Part shown: positions 36,822 to 45,694 of the stretch, piece after piece
Numbering within the stretch: position 1 is the first letter of the stretch
Layout of the letters: every line of letters starts with the position of its first letter
Source of the DNA: an uncultured Alphaproteobacteria bacterium
GTDB lineage: Bacteria; Pseudomonadota; Alphaproteobacteria; Micavibrionales; Micavibrionaceae
Length of the DNA: 64,000 nt
Reading direction: 5' to 3'
Assembly: GCA_900696495.1 (NCBI GenBank)
Contig: CAADGI010000021.1
Span: 43,614 to 107,613 of the forward strand
The notes under the pieces: generated by a model
The model's database searches: none
The model's input: only the letters and a program-made list of their open reading frames with translations
What the model was told of the DNA's origin: nothing
Position numbers and translations under genes: made by a program

Positions 36822-39800
36822 GCTGCGATCCTGACTCGCCCTGTTCCTTCCTCTTTGGAAGCTGTCTTGCTGGCGACGATGATTTCGTCGACGATTTCCT
36901 CGATGACGGCGCTGATCATCGCGCCGCGCGTTTCGCCGCTCTCGGTTTTGGCGAGAACGCGGCGGCGAAGCTCCGTGCGGGCGCTGCCGCCGGGGAAGGT
37001 AACGGCGAGCATCTGCCGCGCGCGGCCGGCGCCCAGTTTCAGGTACAGGCGGTTGCGGATGGCGACGTCTTCGCTCGATGTTGAAAGCGCCCACAGCTCG
37101 ATGGGGCCGAGCGTGTTGAACAGGTGCTGTTCGTAACGGCCTTCGACTGTGCCGAGAACCAGCAGCGCCGGGGCGCCGATCGATTTCGGGCCGGTCAGTT
37201 TGTTGCGGATGATGTAGCGCGCGGTCTCGGACAGGCCGAAACGCTCCTGCACGTCGTCGACGGCGCGGTCGGAAATCGCCGTGCCGAGAATCCACACGCC
37301 CGTCGCCAGGTCGACCATGTCCTTCGAGAAGTCGTCGAGAAGCTGCGAGGACAGGATGATCTGCACGCCGCGCTTACGTCCTTCGCGGACGTCGCGCACG
37401 ACCTGGTTCCGGACCGAGTGTGATCGGCTCGTGCGGTGGAATTCGTCGTAGCAAAGCCTTTTCGGAATTTCGCTGATCTCCTGCAGGCGCAGTTCGTGAT
37501 ACGGCCTGAATTTTTCAGGGATGTGAACCAGCGCCTCCTTGCCCAGCCACCAGCTCCGCACCAGCGCGTGGCGGGCCAGCATGTACATGATCGCCGTCTG
37601 GCGGTCGGCGGATTCATCGCCCTGCGGCGCGACGTCCATGAGGTCCAGCGAGCAGACGCGGGCGTTGGCGATGTCGAACTGCGTGACCGATGAGAGGATC
37701 GGGAATTCGCGGATCGCCGAGGTGACCATGCGCTCGAACGCGGCGATGACGGTCTCGAAGCTGAAACCGACGGAGGTTTGTTCAAGCAGCGAGTGAATCT
37801 GCGGGCGGCGCGACGCGGTGATGGAATCGTTCAGCGTCGGCACGGCGTGGCGCTGGGCGATGTGCGCGACATGGTACTGCTCAAGCTCGTACATCTTGTC
37901 GACGACATCCCACCAGTAAGGGTCGGCCGGCAGGTGCACGTTGAAGCGGGCCAGCGCCTCGTCGACTTCGGAATCGAGGCGCGGCAAATACGGGCGCGCT
38001 TCGGCGTTGGCGGCGCGATCGTCGCGCCAGCGGTACATTTCATCGACGACAAGGCCGCAAAGCTGTTGCATGCCGTCATAGGGTTTTTCGAAGCCCGGCG
38101 GCGTGCAAAGCAGGGTCAGAAGTTCGACGAGGTAGCTGCGTTCATCGGGCAGCGGCGCGCGGCAGCCGAGCTGCGTGTCGAACGGGTTGATCGCGAAACG
38201 GTGCGCCATTTGCAGGCGGTAATAGGCGGCCTCCTGCTGGCGGTTGAGCGGCAGCGCCTCGCGGATCATGGAGATGAGCCCCGAGGAAGACGGACCGATA
38301 TCGATGACCGCGACATAAGGGAGTTTCGAAAGGCCGGGGCCCACGCAGGTGCTTAAGTTGAGTGAATTCAGCAGAACCGATTTACCGGCGCCCGGCTGCG
38401 CGAAGATCAGGTCGAACCATGTCGTGGTGAGGTTGGTGCCGGTCTGGTAAGGCCAGACCTTGCCGTCAGGCGTGCGGAAAATCATCGAGCCGGCGCTGAA
38501 CGGGCTTGAAGGCCGCTGCCAGGGCATGAGTTTCATCATCTCGGTCATGGGCGCGATGCCGGTCGGCGCGGTGCCGCCGCAATGAATGCCCATGGCGGAC
38601 GACATCACGCAATCGAGCGGGTCGCCCGAGAATTCGCTGACCTGGCAGTAACCCCAGGATTCAACCGCCTGCAGCAGCACCGAGAGCTGGTCCATGATGT
38701 CGTTACGCTGGTCGTAGGTGCACCACGTCGCGAACGACATGCGGATACGCACGACGGGCTCGTTACGCGCCATCGCCTGCAGGCCCTCGAGCGAATATTT
38801 GATCTGCTTGTTGTAGGAGTTCGTCGGGCCGAGAATTGTCGCGATGAAGGCGCGGAATGATGTGGCGTAAACGCCGCCGCCTTCAAGCAGGAACGCGATG
38901 CGGAACGGGATGTCGGCTTCGACGAGACGGTTGAGAAGAACCGGGAAGGCCGTCGCGTCCATCGGGCCGAGCGTCATGTCGGCGCCGGACCAGAATGTGT
39001 TGCCGATACGCACCAGCGATTTGCCAAGCGTGCGCGCATCGGCGGCGGAAATCTGGTTGGCGAGGCTCGGCCAGAGCAGATCGGATAAATCGACCTTGCT
39101 GGTCGGCGTGCGCGGCGGGATCGGGTCGCCCGGCAGGCACGGCCGCCATTTATTATGGCCGTGATCGGGGAAAAGGTTATTCCGCACGGCGCGCACCGCG
39201 TCATGCACCTCGAGAATGTTGCAGCGTATGCCAAGCTCGTCCATCGCCGACGTGATGGCGGTCACGAAGCTGCGGTGACGCGTGCGCAGCGGCTCGAGCG
39301 CTGCATTCGGATACTGTGCGAAGGGCGCGTTGATCCAGTCTTTGGCTTTTTGCTTGGCGTCTTTCGAGGATCTCTGGAATTCGGTTTTGGTCAGGACGCT
39401 GGGCCTCGTCCACAGCACGAAATAGGATTCTTCATGCGTGCAGAAACGCTGGAGGTGGCGGAGGCGCTCCTCGAACAGGTCGTCGAGATCGATGCCGATA
39501 TTGTTGGCGGAGATGCGGCTCGGGCGCATCAGCTCCTCAAGCTCCTCGCGGATGCGGTTCGGGTCGCGGGCGAAATAAACCTGCATGGCGTGGCCCTGGC
39601 GGTCGAAACGCGAGCCGACCTTGATCGTCGCGCCCTCGACGATTTTCTTGAACTCCTCTTCGCCGATGATCTGCCGGCTGCCTTCGACTTTCAGATAAGT
39701 GACCAGCGACCCGTCGGTCGAGACCAGCGTGATCTCGTCGTCAGCCGTTTCGAGCTGAATGAACGACGAAACCGACTGCCGGAAAGCTTTTTGAAAAGGC

Positions 39801-39826
39801 GCCAGTAATTTTTGAAGAACATTCAT
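36818..39826 (-). CDS. icmB: type IVB secretion ATPase IcmB/DotO (TraU-like)
   Basis: 1002 aa (L. pneumophila IcmB is about 1000 aa, from memory). Walker A FAQPGAGKSVLLN. Position after icmJ. Confidence 0.85.
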   Translation of the reverse strand: MNVLQKLLAPFQKAFRQSVSSFIQLETADDEITLVSTDGSLVTYLKVEGSRQIIGEEEFKKIVEGATIKVGSRFDRQGHAMQVYFARDPNRIREELEELMRPSRISANNIGIDLDDLFEERLRHLQRFCTHEESYFVLWTRPSVLTKTEFQRSSKDAKQKAKDWINAPFAQYPNAALEPLRTRHRSFVTAITSAMDELGIRCNILEVHDAVRAVRNNLFPDHGHNKWRPCLPGDPIPPRTPTSKVDLSDLLWPSLANQISAADARTLGKSLVRIGNTFWSGADMTLGPMDATAFPVLLNRLVEADIPFRIAFLLEGGGVYATSFRAFIATILGPTNSYNKQIKYSLEGLQAMARNEPVVRIRMSFATWCTYDQRNDIMDQLSVLLQAVESWGYCQVSEFSGDPLDCVMSSAMGIHCGGTAPTGIAPMTEMMKLMPWQRPSSPFSAGSMIFRTPDGKVWPYQTGTNLTTTWFDLIFAQPGAGKSVLLNSLNLSTCVGPGLSKLPYVAVIDIGPSSSGLISMIREALPLNRQQEAAYYRLQMAHRFAINPFDTQLGCRAPLPDERSYLVELLTLLCTPPGFEKPYDGMQQLCGLVVDEMYRWRDDRAANAEARPYLPRLDSEVDEALARFNVHLPADPYWWDVVDKMYELEQYHVAHIAQRHAVPTLNDSITASRRPQIHSLLEQTSVGFSFETVIAAFERMVTSAIREFPILSSVTQFDIANARVCSLDLMDVAPQGDESADRQTAIMYMLARHALVRSWWLGKEALVHIPEKFRPYHELRLQEISEIPKRLCYDEFHRTSRSHSVRNQVVRDVREGRKRGVQIILSSQLLDDFSKDMVDLATGVWILGTAISDRAVDDVQERFGLSETARYIIRNKLTGPKSIGAPALLVLGTVEGRYEQHLFNTLGPIELWALSTSSEDVAIRNRLYLKLGAGRARQMLAVTFPGGSARTELRRRVLAKTESGETRGAMISAVIEEIVDEIIVASKTASKEEGTGRVRIAA

Positions 39827-39966
39827 GCCGGGTCTTTAACTGAATATATAAATCAACGTTCTAATATATCTTACCATAGGCGCGGCGCATAGGCCGCAAA
39901 GACTAATTACCCATATTTTTCACGGCTTTGAGAGCGATTCCTGCCGCGCTTGCCGGCCGGCCGGGA

Positions 39967-40677
39967 TCAGGCGGCCTTGCTGATGATTTCTTTATAGAGG
40001 GAAATCCACTGGAGGGGCGCCTTGCCGCCAAACGGTCCGTCTTTGGAGCGCCAGTAGGCCAGGATCTGGGGGAACTGGTTAAATTCAAGGTCCGCTTCCT
40101 TGATGATGCGGCGGTCCAGGGGAAAAACCCGGACGCCTTTGAGCTTCCTGGCGCGCATTTCGTAATGTTTCGGCCCGAGATAATCGCGCAGCACCGTCGA
40201 AAGGATATAGGGATTGTCGGTGCTGATACGCTTTTTGGCCTCTTCGCGGCGGGTCATCAGGGAATCCAGCGCCTTGCGGGCGGCGTCGGCCACCGGTCCC
40301 TGCGAAATGCGGGCGACATAAATGGCGCGGGCGATATGGTGCAGTTCATGCTGCTCGATCTCCGGCAGCCAGAGAAGGACGCCCGAGCGCATGGCGCTGA
40401 TCTCGTCCATGATGAAGCATTGCTGGCAGAAGATGCAGGCGGTGACGAGGTTTTTCTCCGACCAGTCGTCGCGGTCGCCGTTCAGGAAATTGACCTCCTG
40501 GTATTTGCGCGACAAAAACCCGCAATAACGGCAGGTATGGCCGTCGCGCTCGAATATCTTGGTCTTGAGGGCGGCCGGCATTTTTTTATCAGCAGGCGCC
40601 GCGCCGGCGGCCTGTTTGGCGGCCTTGGACGGGGGACGGGGGCGCGTGGTGCCCAGAATGATCGGCAAAAGATCCAT
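39967..40677 (-). CDS. icmJ: IcmJ/DotN-like zinc-binding T4BSS protein
   Basis: 236 aa; paired Cys motifs CRYCGF and CIFCQQC; located between icmD and icmB. Confidence 0.7.
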   Translation of the reverse strand: MDLLPIILGTTRPRPPSKAAKQAAGAAPADKKMPAALKTKIFERDGHTCRYCGFLSRKYQEVNFLNGDRDDWSEKNLVTACIFCQQCFIMDEISAMRSGVLLWLPEIEQHELHHIARAIYVARISQGPVADAARKALDSLMTRREEAKKRISTDNPYILSTVLRDYLGPKHYEMRARKLKGVRVFPLDRRIIKEADLEFNQFPQILAYWRSKDGPFGGKAPLQWISLYKEIISKAA

Positions 40678-40779
40678 TTGATGTCCGGTTCGCGCAGAAT
40701 GCGGAAATTAGAAATAAATTTTTAGAAATACCGGCCGCCATGCGGTGAAGCAGGCGGCCGGCTGTAAGTCAGACTGGTA

Positions 40780-41163
40780 TTAGTTCGTCGTGAAGGTGAC
40801 TTTCTTCAGCGTTGCGGCCTGCGATGCAGTACCCGCACCGACGGTTGAGAACATCGCTTCGCTGACGATCGGAATCGCGAACAGCGCGCCGCCGGCCAGA
40901 AGACGGATTGCGCCGTCCTTCAGGTGCGTCTGCGAGGGGTTTTCAACGTGGTCCTTGATCTTCATGATGCCGAGAACGGCAAGCAGAATACCAAAGAGGT
41001 ATGACAACGCAGCCAGAAGACCAGGCAGGTCTTCGATAGATGTCGAGATGTTCTTCGAGATCTTGCTGAAGTTGTTGGCGGCGTGCGCTGCATCGGGGGC
41101 CATGCCCACGAGGCCGAGCGTCATTGCCGCGCCCATTACGTAGTATGATTTTCTAATAGACAT
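40780..41163 (-). CDS. icmD: IcmD/DotP-like small inner-membrane protein
   Basis: 127 aa; signal/TM region, then LAVLGIMKIKDHVENPSQTHLKDGAIRLLAGGALFAIP. Position upstream of icmJ. Confidence 0.6.
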   Translation of the reverse strand: MSIRKSYYVMGAAMTLGLVGMAPDAAHAANNFSKISKNISTSIEDLPGLLAALSYLFGILLAVLGIMKIKDHVENPSQTHLKDGAIRLLAGGALFAIPIVSEAMFSTVGAGTASQAATLKKVTFTTN

Positions 41164-41233
41164 TTTTAGGTTCCTTCTCTAGCGAAGTAGTTGCTCACAT
41201 TAAAACAACGCCTACACTCACCGCCATCCGGCG

Positions 41234-42940
41234 CTAAGTGAACGCGATACCATATTGCGCTACCCCCAACGTGTTTTGCACGAGGTTGATAAGCGGTCCC
41301 AAATTCACAGCCAGCGCACCCCCTACCATGTGGGTGACGCCCGCCATGAGCGAGGCCTGGGAGTTTCCTTCCGCGACGCTTCGGACAATGAAGATGCCGC
41401 GGACGAAACTTATAAGTCCGACAATGATCATAAACTTGATGATGGCGCTGATGACCGTGTGAATATGCTGGGCTTCCGCGGCGCTCAGGCCTTTCGTGTA
41501 TTGCATGTTCGCGCGCGTCGCCGTGAGGCTGGCGCCCGGCGCGCTCAGGGAAAGGGTGACCGTCGCAGCCCGCACGAGGCTGTTATAGGAAAGCAATGCG
41601 CCCGCTGCGGCGAAGGTCATCACCGTGCCGAGGCCGCCCGGACCGCGCGCGCCGTCCTGCGCCGTTTTCATCAGGCGCGAAATGCCGATCATCGCGAACA
41701 CAAACGCCGCGCAGGTCGTGAAGAAGTTTATCGCGACGTGTACGGGCGTCAGCAGGTCGGCCATCGCGCAATACAGCGCGCCGTCAAGGCCGCTGGTGCC
41801 GTTGCAGGCCAGGGCCGCTTCGTTGAACGTGGTGCGCTGGGCGACCGCGGCAATGGCAGCCGTTGTCGCCGGCGAGACAGTATTGCGCACGACCTCGATA
41901 ACGACGGGAAGCGAGAAGAACGCACCGCCCGCAGCGAGACGCGAAACGCCTTCCCACAGCGATGTCTGTTGCGGGTTCAGAACGTGCGATTTGATTTTCA
42001 GGATGCCCCAGACGCCAAGGATCAGGCCGATAAGATATGAAACGGCGGTAAGGAATGCGGGGAATGCGCCCGCGTTGAAGAACAGGCCGCAGAAAGAATT
42101 GCCGAGCGTTGCGCCGTTGCCGAAACCAAAAAGCCCGCTGATTGCACCGAACAGACCGCCGACCGGGTTGCAGACATTCATCCCGTACGATGAATAGATA
42201 AGGCCTGCCGCGCCGAATGCAGACGTGATCTGGCCCCAGAGGTTGGCCGCGCCGATCAATTCCATCATGCCCTGATAAACGATCGGGATCGCGAACAAGG
42301 CGCCGCCCGCAAGCAGGCGGATGACGGATTCGCGCAGGTGAACCTGTTCGGGGTTTTCGACATGCTCTTTCAGTTTCAGCAGGCCGCTGATGCCAAGGAT
42401 CAGGGCCAGCAGATACGCAACGGCGGAAACAAGCGCCGGCGTCTCCTCGATCGAATCGATGATGCTGTCCATGATGGCGTTGGCGTTGCTCATCGGTATG
42501 ATGGCCGCGAGGCTGCCAAGCAGTTGGGCGAGGAAACTTATGGCGGTGTTGTTGCCGTCGAAATCCGGGTTCACGCCCGCGTTGAACGTGACCATCATCG
42601 CCTGGTAGATGATCGGGAGCGCCAGCAGCGCGCCGCCGACCAGGAAACGAATCAGCGAACTGCGCAGCGGTGTCTGCTGCGGGTTGCTGACATGCTCTTT
42701 AAGCTTGAGAACGCCGGTGACGGCGAACAGCAGGGCCAGCAGATAAGCGATGCCGGAGAGCAGCGCGGGCACCTGGTCGCTGGATTCGACCATATTGCGG
42801 GCGATGCCGTCGATCTCGGCGCCGGCGAAAGCGGGCGAAGTGGAAATCAGCCCTGCGGCCAAAAATACGGAAGCGAGCGCATATCTCCAAGAATATGCCC
42901 CGATCTTATTGTTTTTATATTTATTAAAAAACACCGCCAT
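41234..42940 (-). CDS. polytopic membrane protein built from about five IcmD/IcmC-like repeat units
   Basis: 568 aa. The unit (hydrophobic helix)-LK(L/I)K(E/S)HV.NP(Q/E)Q-...-(L/F).(A/V)GGA(L/F)-helix occurs three times, followed by two degenerate units. Occupies the icmC/dotE slot. Confidence 0.6.
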   Translation of the reverse strand: MAVFFNKYKNNKIGAYSWRYALASVFLAAGLISTSPAFAGAEIDGIARNMVESSDQVPALLSGIAYLLALLFAVTGVLKLKEHVSNPQQTPLRSSLIRFLVGGALLALPIIYQAMMVTFNAGVNPDFDGNNTAISFLAQLLGSLAAIIPMSNANAIMDSIIDSIEETPALVSAVAYLLALILGISGLLKLKEHVENPEQVHLRESVIRLLAGGALFAIPIVYQGMMELIGAANLWGQITSAFGAAGLIYSSYGMNVCNPVGGLFGAISGLFGFGNGATLGNSFCGLFFNAGAFPAFLTAVSYLIGLILGVWGILKIKSHVLNPQQTSLWEGVSRLAAGGAFFSLPVVIEVVRNTVSPATTAAIAAVAQRTTFNEAALACNGTSGLDGALYCAMADLLTPVHVAINFFTTCAAFVFAMIGISRLMKTAQDGARGPGGLGTVMTFAAAGALLSYNSLVRAATVTLSLSAPGASLTATRANMQYTKGLSAAEAQHIHTVISAIIKFMIIVGLISFVRGIFIVRSVAEGNSQASLMAGVTHMVGGALAVNLGPLINLVQNTLGVAQYGIAFT

Positions 42941-43100
42941 ATATAGTATTTAACCACATTTTCAATGGTTCCGGCAAATTCAATCCGGCCGGCAAACCGG
43001 TCCACTTCCCTAATTCATTAATTTTGACGGATAAAAATTAAATAAAATTTAAGATAAAATTTTATCTTTTGAAATCAATGGCTTATATAGAAAACGGGAG

Positions 43101-44408
43101 CTAGCGAATCACCTGGCCCTTGGTTCCGCGAACGGTCCAGCGACCGGTTTCGTTCGAAATGGCGGTAATTTTCCCCAATCCATCCACAGTGTCACCCACA
43201 GAAACATTCCGTGTGTCGCCCGTGGAGCGGGATTCGAGGACGGCCTTGCCCGGCTGGGCGGCTTTGAGCTCCCAGGAGACCACTCTTGCGGGCGCGGCCG
43301 GGGCCTTCGCCTGTTGGGGTGCGGGCGACGCGGTTTGCTTCGCTGCGGGTTTTTCGGCGGCGGGCGCGGAAGCGGGCTTCGCCGCTTTCGGTGCGGATGC
43401 CTGCTTTTCCGGGGCTGGCGCGCGTTCGGCGCTGGCGAGTTTCTGTTCAAGCTCCTCGATCTTTTTCGAAAGCGCGGCGATTTCCTCGTCTTTCGATTTC
43501 AGCGAATCTTCGAGGGCTTTTGTCGCTTTTTCAGCCTCGGCGGCCCGGCTTTCCTGGGTCGTAAGCTGCGATTGCAGCGATTCAATCCGGGTGTTCTGGG
43601 CTTCGAGTTGCGGCGAAGGTGCGGACGCCTGAAGTGTCGGGGCAGGCTCCGCGGCGGCGGGCGCGGGCTGTTGCTGCTGCCCGGCCTTATTTTCCTCGGG
43701 AATGACCGGCGCCGGCATGGCGATGATGTTGCCTTCGCCGTCGATCAGCGTTTCGCTTGGCGTGTGCACCGGCGCAACCGGATCGGTTTCCGTGCGGTTT
43801 TTGAATTCGGCGCTCAGTTTTTCCGCCGCGTTTTTCGGTGCGGGCTCGTCCGAGCCTTCGCGCTGCTCGGTCGATCTGTAATCAAAAGGCTCTTCACCCT
43901 GCGGCACGGTGCCGCTCGGGGGCTGCGCGGGAACTTCATCGACATCCAGCTCGGCGAGCTGGGTATCCTGCAGGTCGCCCGGCATCGGCATCGGCGTCAG
44001 CGCGCCGTCGGCCTGCTGGGGATTGATCGGCGCGGGCATCGGCGGCATGTCGGCGCCGTCTTCATACGCGGTTGCCGCGGGAGCATCGGGCAGCGCATCG
44101 CCCGGCGCGGCGGCCTGTTCATCGGGCAGGGGCGAAGGCGATCCGCCGCCCATGAAGGCAACGGCGATCAGGCCGCCGAATACGACGACAACGGCGCCCA
44201 CGATGAGCATGAAATTTTTCTGAACGAAAGTTTTTTCGCCCGGCGCGCGCGGTTCATCATCGTCACCGCCGCCGGCATCGTCAGCGGCATCGGCTCCGCC
44301 AAGGTCGTCGTCCCAGGTCTCATCGCCCAGATCATCATCCTCGAGGGCGTCCAGGTCCTCGAAATCGGCATCTTCAAAAGCGTTATCGTCCTTGGGCTTG
44401 TCAACCAT
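43101..44408 (-). CDS. icmG: IcmG/DotF-like protein
   Basis: Acidic N-terminus, one TM helix (FMLIVGAVVVVFGGLIAVAF), Pro/Ala-rich linker, coiled coil, then a small C-terminal beta domain (VSVGDTVDGLGKITAI). Position between icmE and icmC. Confidence 0.55.
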   Translation of the reverse strand: MVDKPKDDNAFEDADFEDLDALEDDDLGDETWDDDLGGADAADDAGGGDDDEPRAPGEKTFVQKNFMLIVGAVVVVFGGLIAVAFMGGGSPSPLPDEQAAAPGDALPDAPAATAYEDGADMPPMPAPINPQQADGALTPMPMPGDLQDTQLAELDVDEVPAQPPSGTVPQGEEPFDYRSTEQREGSDEPAPKNAAEKLSAEFKNRTETDPVAPVHTPSETLIDGEGNIIAMPAPVIPEENKAGQQQQPAPAAAEPAPTLQASAPSPQLEAQNTRIESLQSQLTTQESRAAEAEKATKALEDSLKSKDEEIAALSKKIEELEQKLASAERAPAPEKQASAPKAAKPASAPAAEKPAAKQTASPAPQQAKAPAAPARVVSWELKAAQPGKAVLESRSTGDTRNVSVGDTVDGLGKITAISNETGRWTVRGTKGQVIR

Positions 44409-44446
44409 GATCTGATCCTGCGATTTTTTTTGCTGTTAAATTAAAA

Positions 44447-45694
44447 CTAAATCTCAGCGGGTTTAATGACCGGCTCGAGAAACAATATCCCAACAGGGGT
44501 GCCCGCTTCAACACGAACCGTAACCTCGATTTCGTCAGCGGTTTCATCAAGAATTTCACGCAGTTTCTGGCCTGCTTCCTCGATACCGGAGGCGACTTCC
44601 TGCTCGGTGCTGGTGTCCTCGCTTTCCTCGGCTACGACGTCGCCCTCGACGGTGACGGTGGTCAGGCCCGACTCGCTGATCGCCGAGGCCAGGCCCTCGA
44701 CGAACGCCGCGGCCATCGGCAGCGCGACGCGCATCAGATAGTGGTGGTCGACGTCGGTGGCAAGGGCCGGAAGCGTGGTTTTCGGATCGACCGCCACGGC
44801 GTCGATATCGATGCTGACGCCGTCGACGATGACGGTCTGGAATTTAATCGTCAGCAGTTCTTTTTGCTTGGAGAAAGTGCCAAGCACGCGGCTGCCGGAC
44901 AGCGGCCCGGAGGCGATCTGCGCCAGCACGGGGCCGGGCACGTCGGAATTGGCTTCGGTCAAAATCTGCGCGTAGGCGATACGGCCGGCCGGGTAGAGAA
45001 CGATCTCGATATTTTCCTCGATTTGCTCGTCGTCGCCCGACGCTGCGGCCTCTTCTTCTTCCTGCTGCGAGCGCAGCTCGTTCAGCCAGTCGTCGCTCGT
45101 CATGCCGCGATATTGCAGCGGGCTGACGGTGGCGCGTTTTTCAAGAATGGATTGCATCTGCGTGGCCATGGCTTCGGCCAGCGCCTGGATCGCTTCGCTG
45201 CGCGCCGCATCGGCATCGGCATCGGGCGCAACCGTCTGCGAGCGCAGCATTTCACGCTGCAGGCGTTCTTCCTGGAGCTTGCGCCAGCGTTGCAGCGGGT
45301 CTTCTTCCGGCGCTTCGTTTTCCGTGACGGTCAGGCGCCCGACGGGCGGGTCGATCGGGGTGGGCAGCACGCTGCCGCTTTCCTTGATGGCCTGTTCGGT
45401 CCGCGCCTCGTTTTCTTCCTCGATGGCGGCGACGTATGAAGGGCTGGTTTCCTCGGTGCCGGGCGGGGCGGAAATGTCGGAGCCGCCGGAAACATAGGAC
45501 GGATCGATCGGCATGTCCTTGCCGCCGAAAAGAATGATGGTGGCGAAAATGGCGACAGCCGCCGCCACGACGACGCCGACCTTGACCATGGCGTTTTCCC
45601 GCCAGAGCTCGCCCAGCGTGCCTTTTTTCTTCTCAAAATCGTCGAAACTGGCTTCGTCGAGTTCGAGGCCGTCGTCATTTACATCATCGGCCAT
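44447..45694 (-). CDS. icmE: IcmE/DotG (VirB10/TrbI-like) core protein, short form
   Basis: N-terminal TM helix and a C-terminal VirB10-like domain (YAQILTEANSDVPGPVLAQIASGPLSGSRVLGTF...). 415 aa, without a long repeat region. Confidence 0.7.
   Translation of the reverse strand: MADDVNDDGLELDEASFDDFEKKKGTLGELWRENAMVKVGVVVAAAVAIFATIILFGGKDMPIDPSYVSGGSDISAPPGTEETSPSYVAAIEEENEARTEQAIKESGSVLPTPIDPPVGRLTVTENEAPEEDPLQRWRKLQEERLQREMLRSQTVAPDADADAARSEAIQALAEAMATQMQSILEKRATVSPLQYRGMTSDDWLNELRSQQEEEEAAASGDDEQIEENIEIVLYPAGRIAYAQILTEANSDVPGPVLAQIASGPLSGSRVLGTFSKQKELLTIKFQTVIVDGVSIDIDAVAVDPKTTLPALATDVDHHYLMRVALPMAAAFVEGLASAISESGLTTVTVEGDVVAEESEDTSTEQEVASGIEEAGQKLREILDETADEIEVTVRVEAGTPVGILFLEPVIKPAEI

Noticed and set aside
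36822-37295. N-terminal 158 codons of the 400-aa ORF 36093-37295
   Set aside because: This part overlaps the icmB 3' end out of frame and is almost pure Arg/Pro/His. An ATG at 36821 overlapping the icmB stop (ATGA) gives a sensible 242-aa protein.
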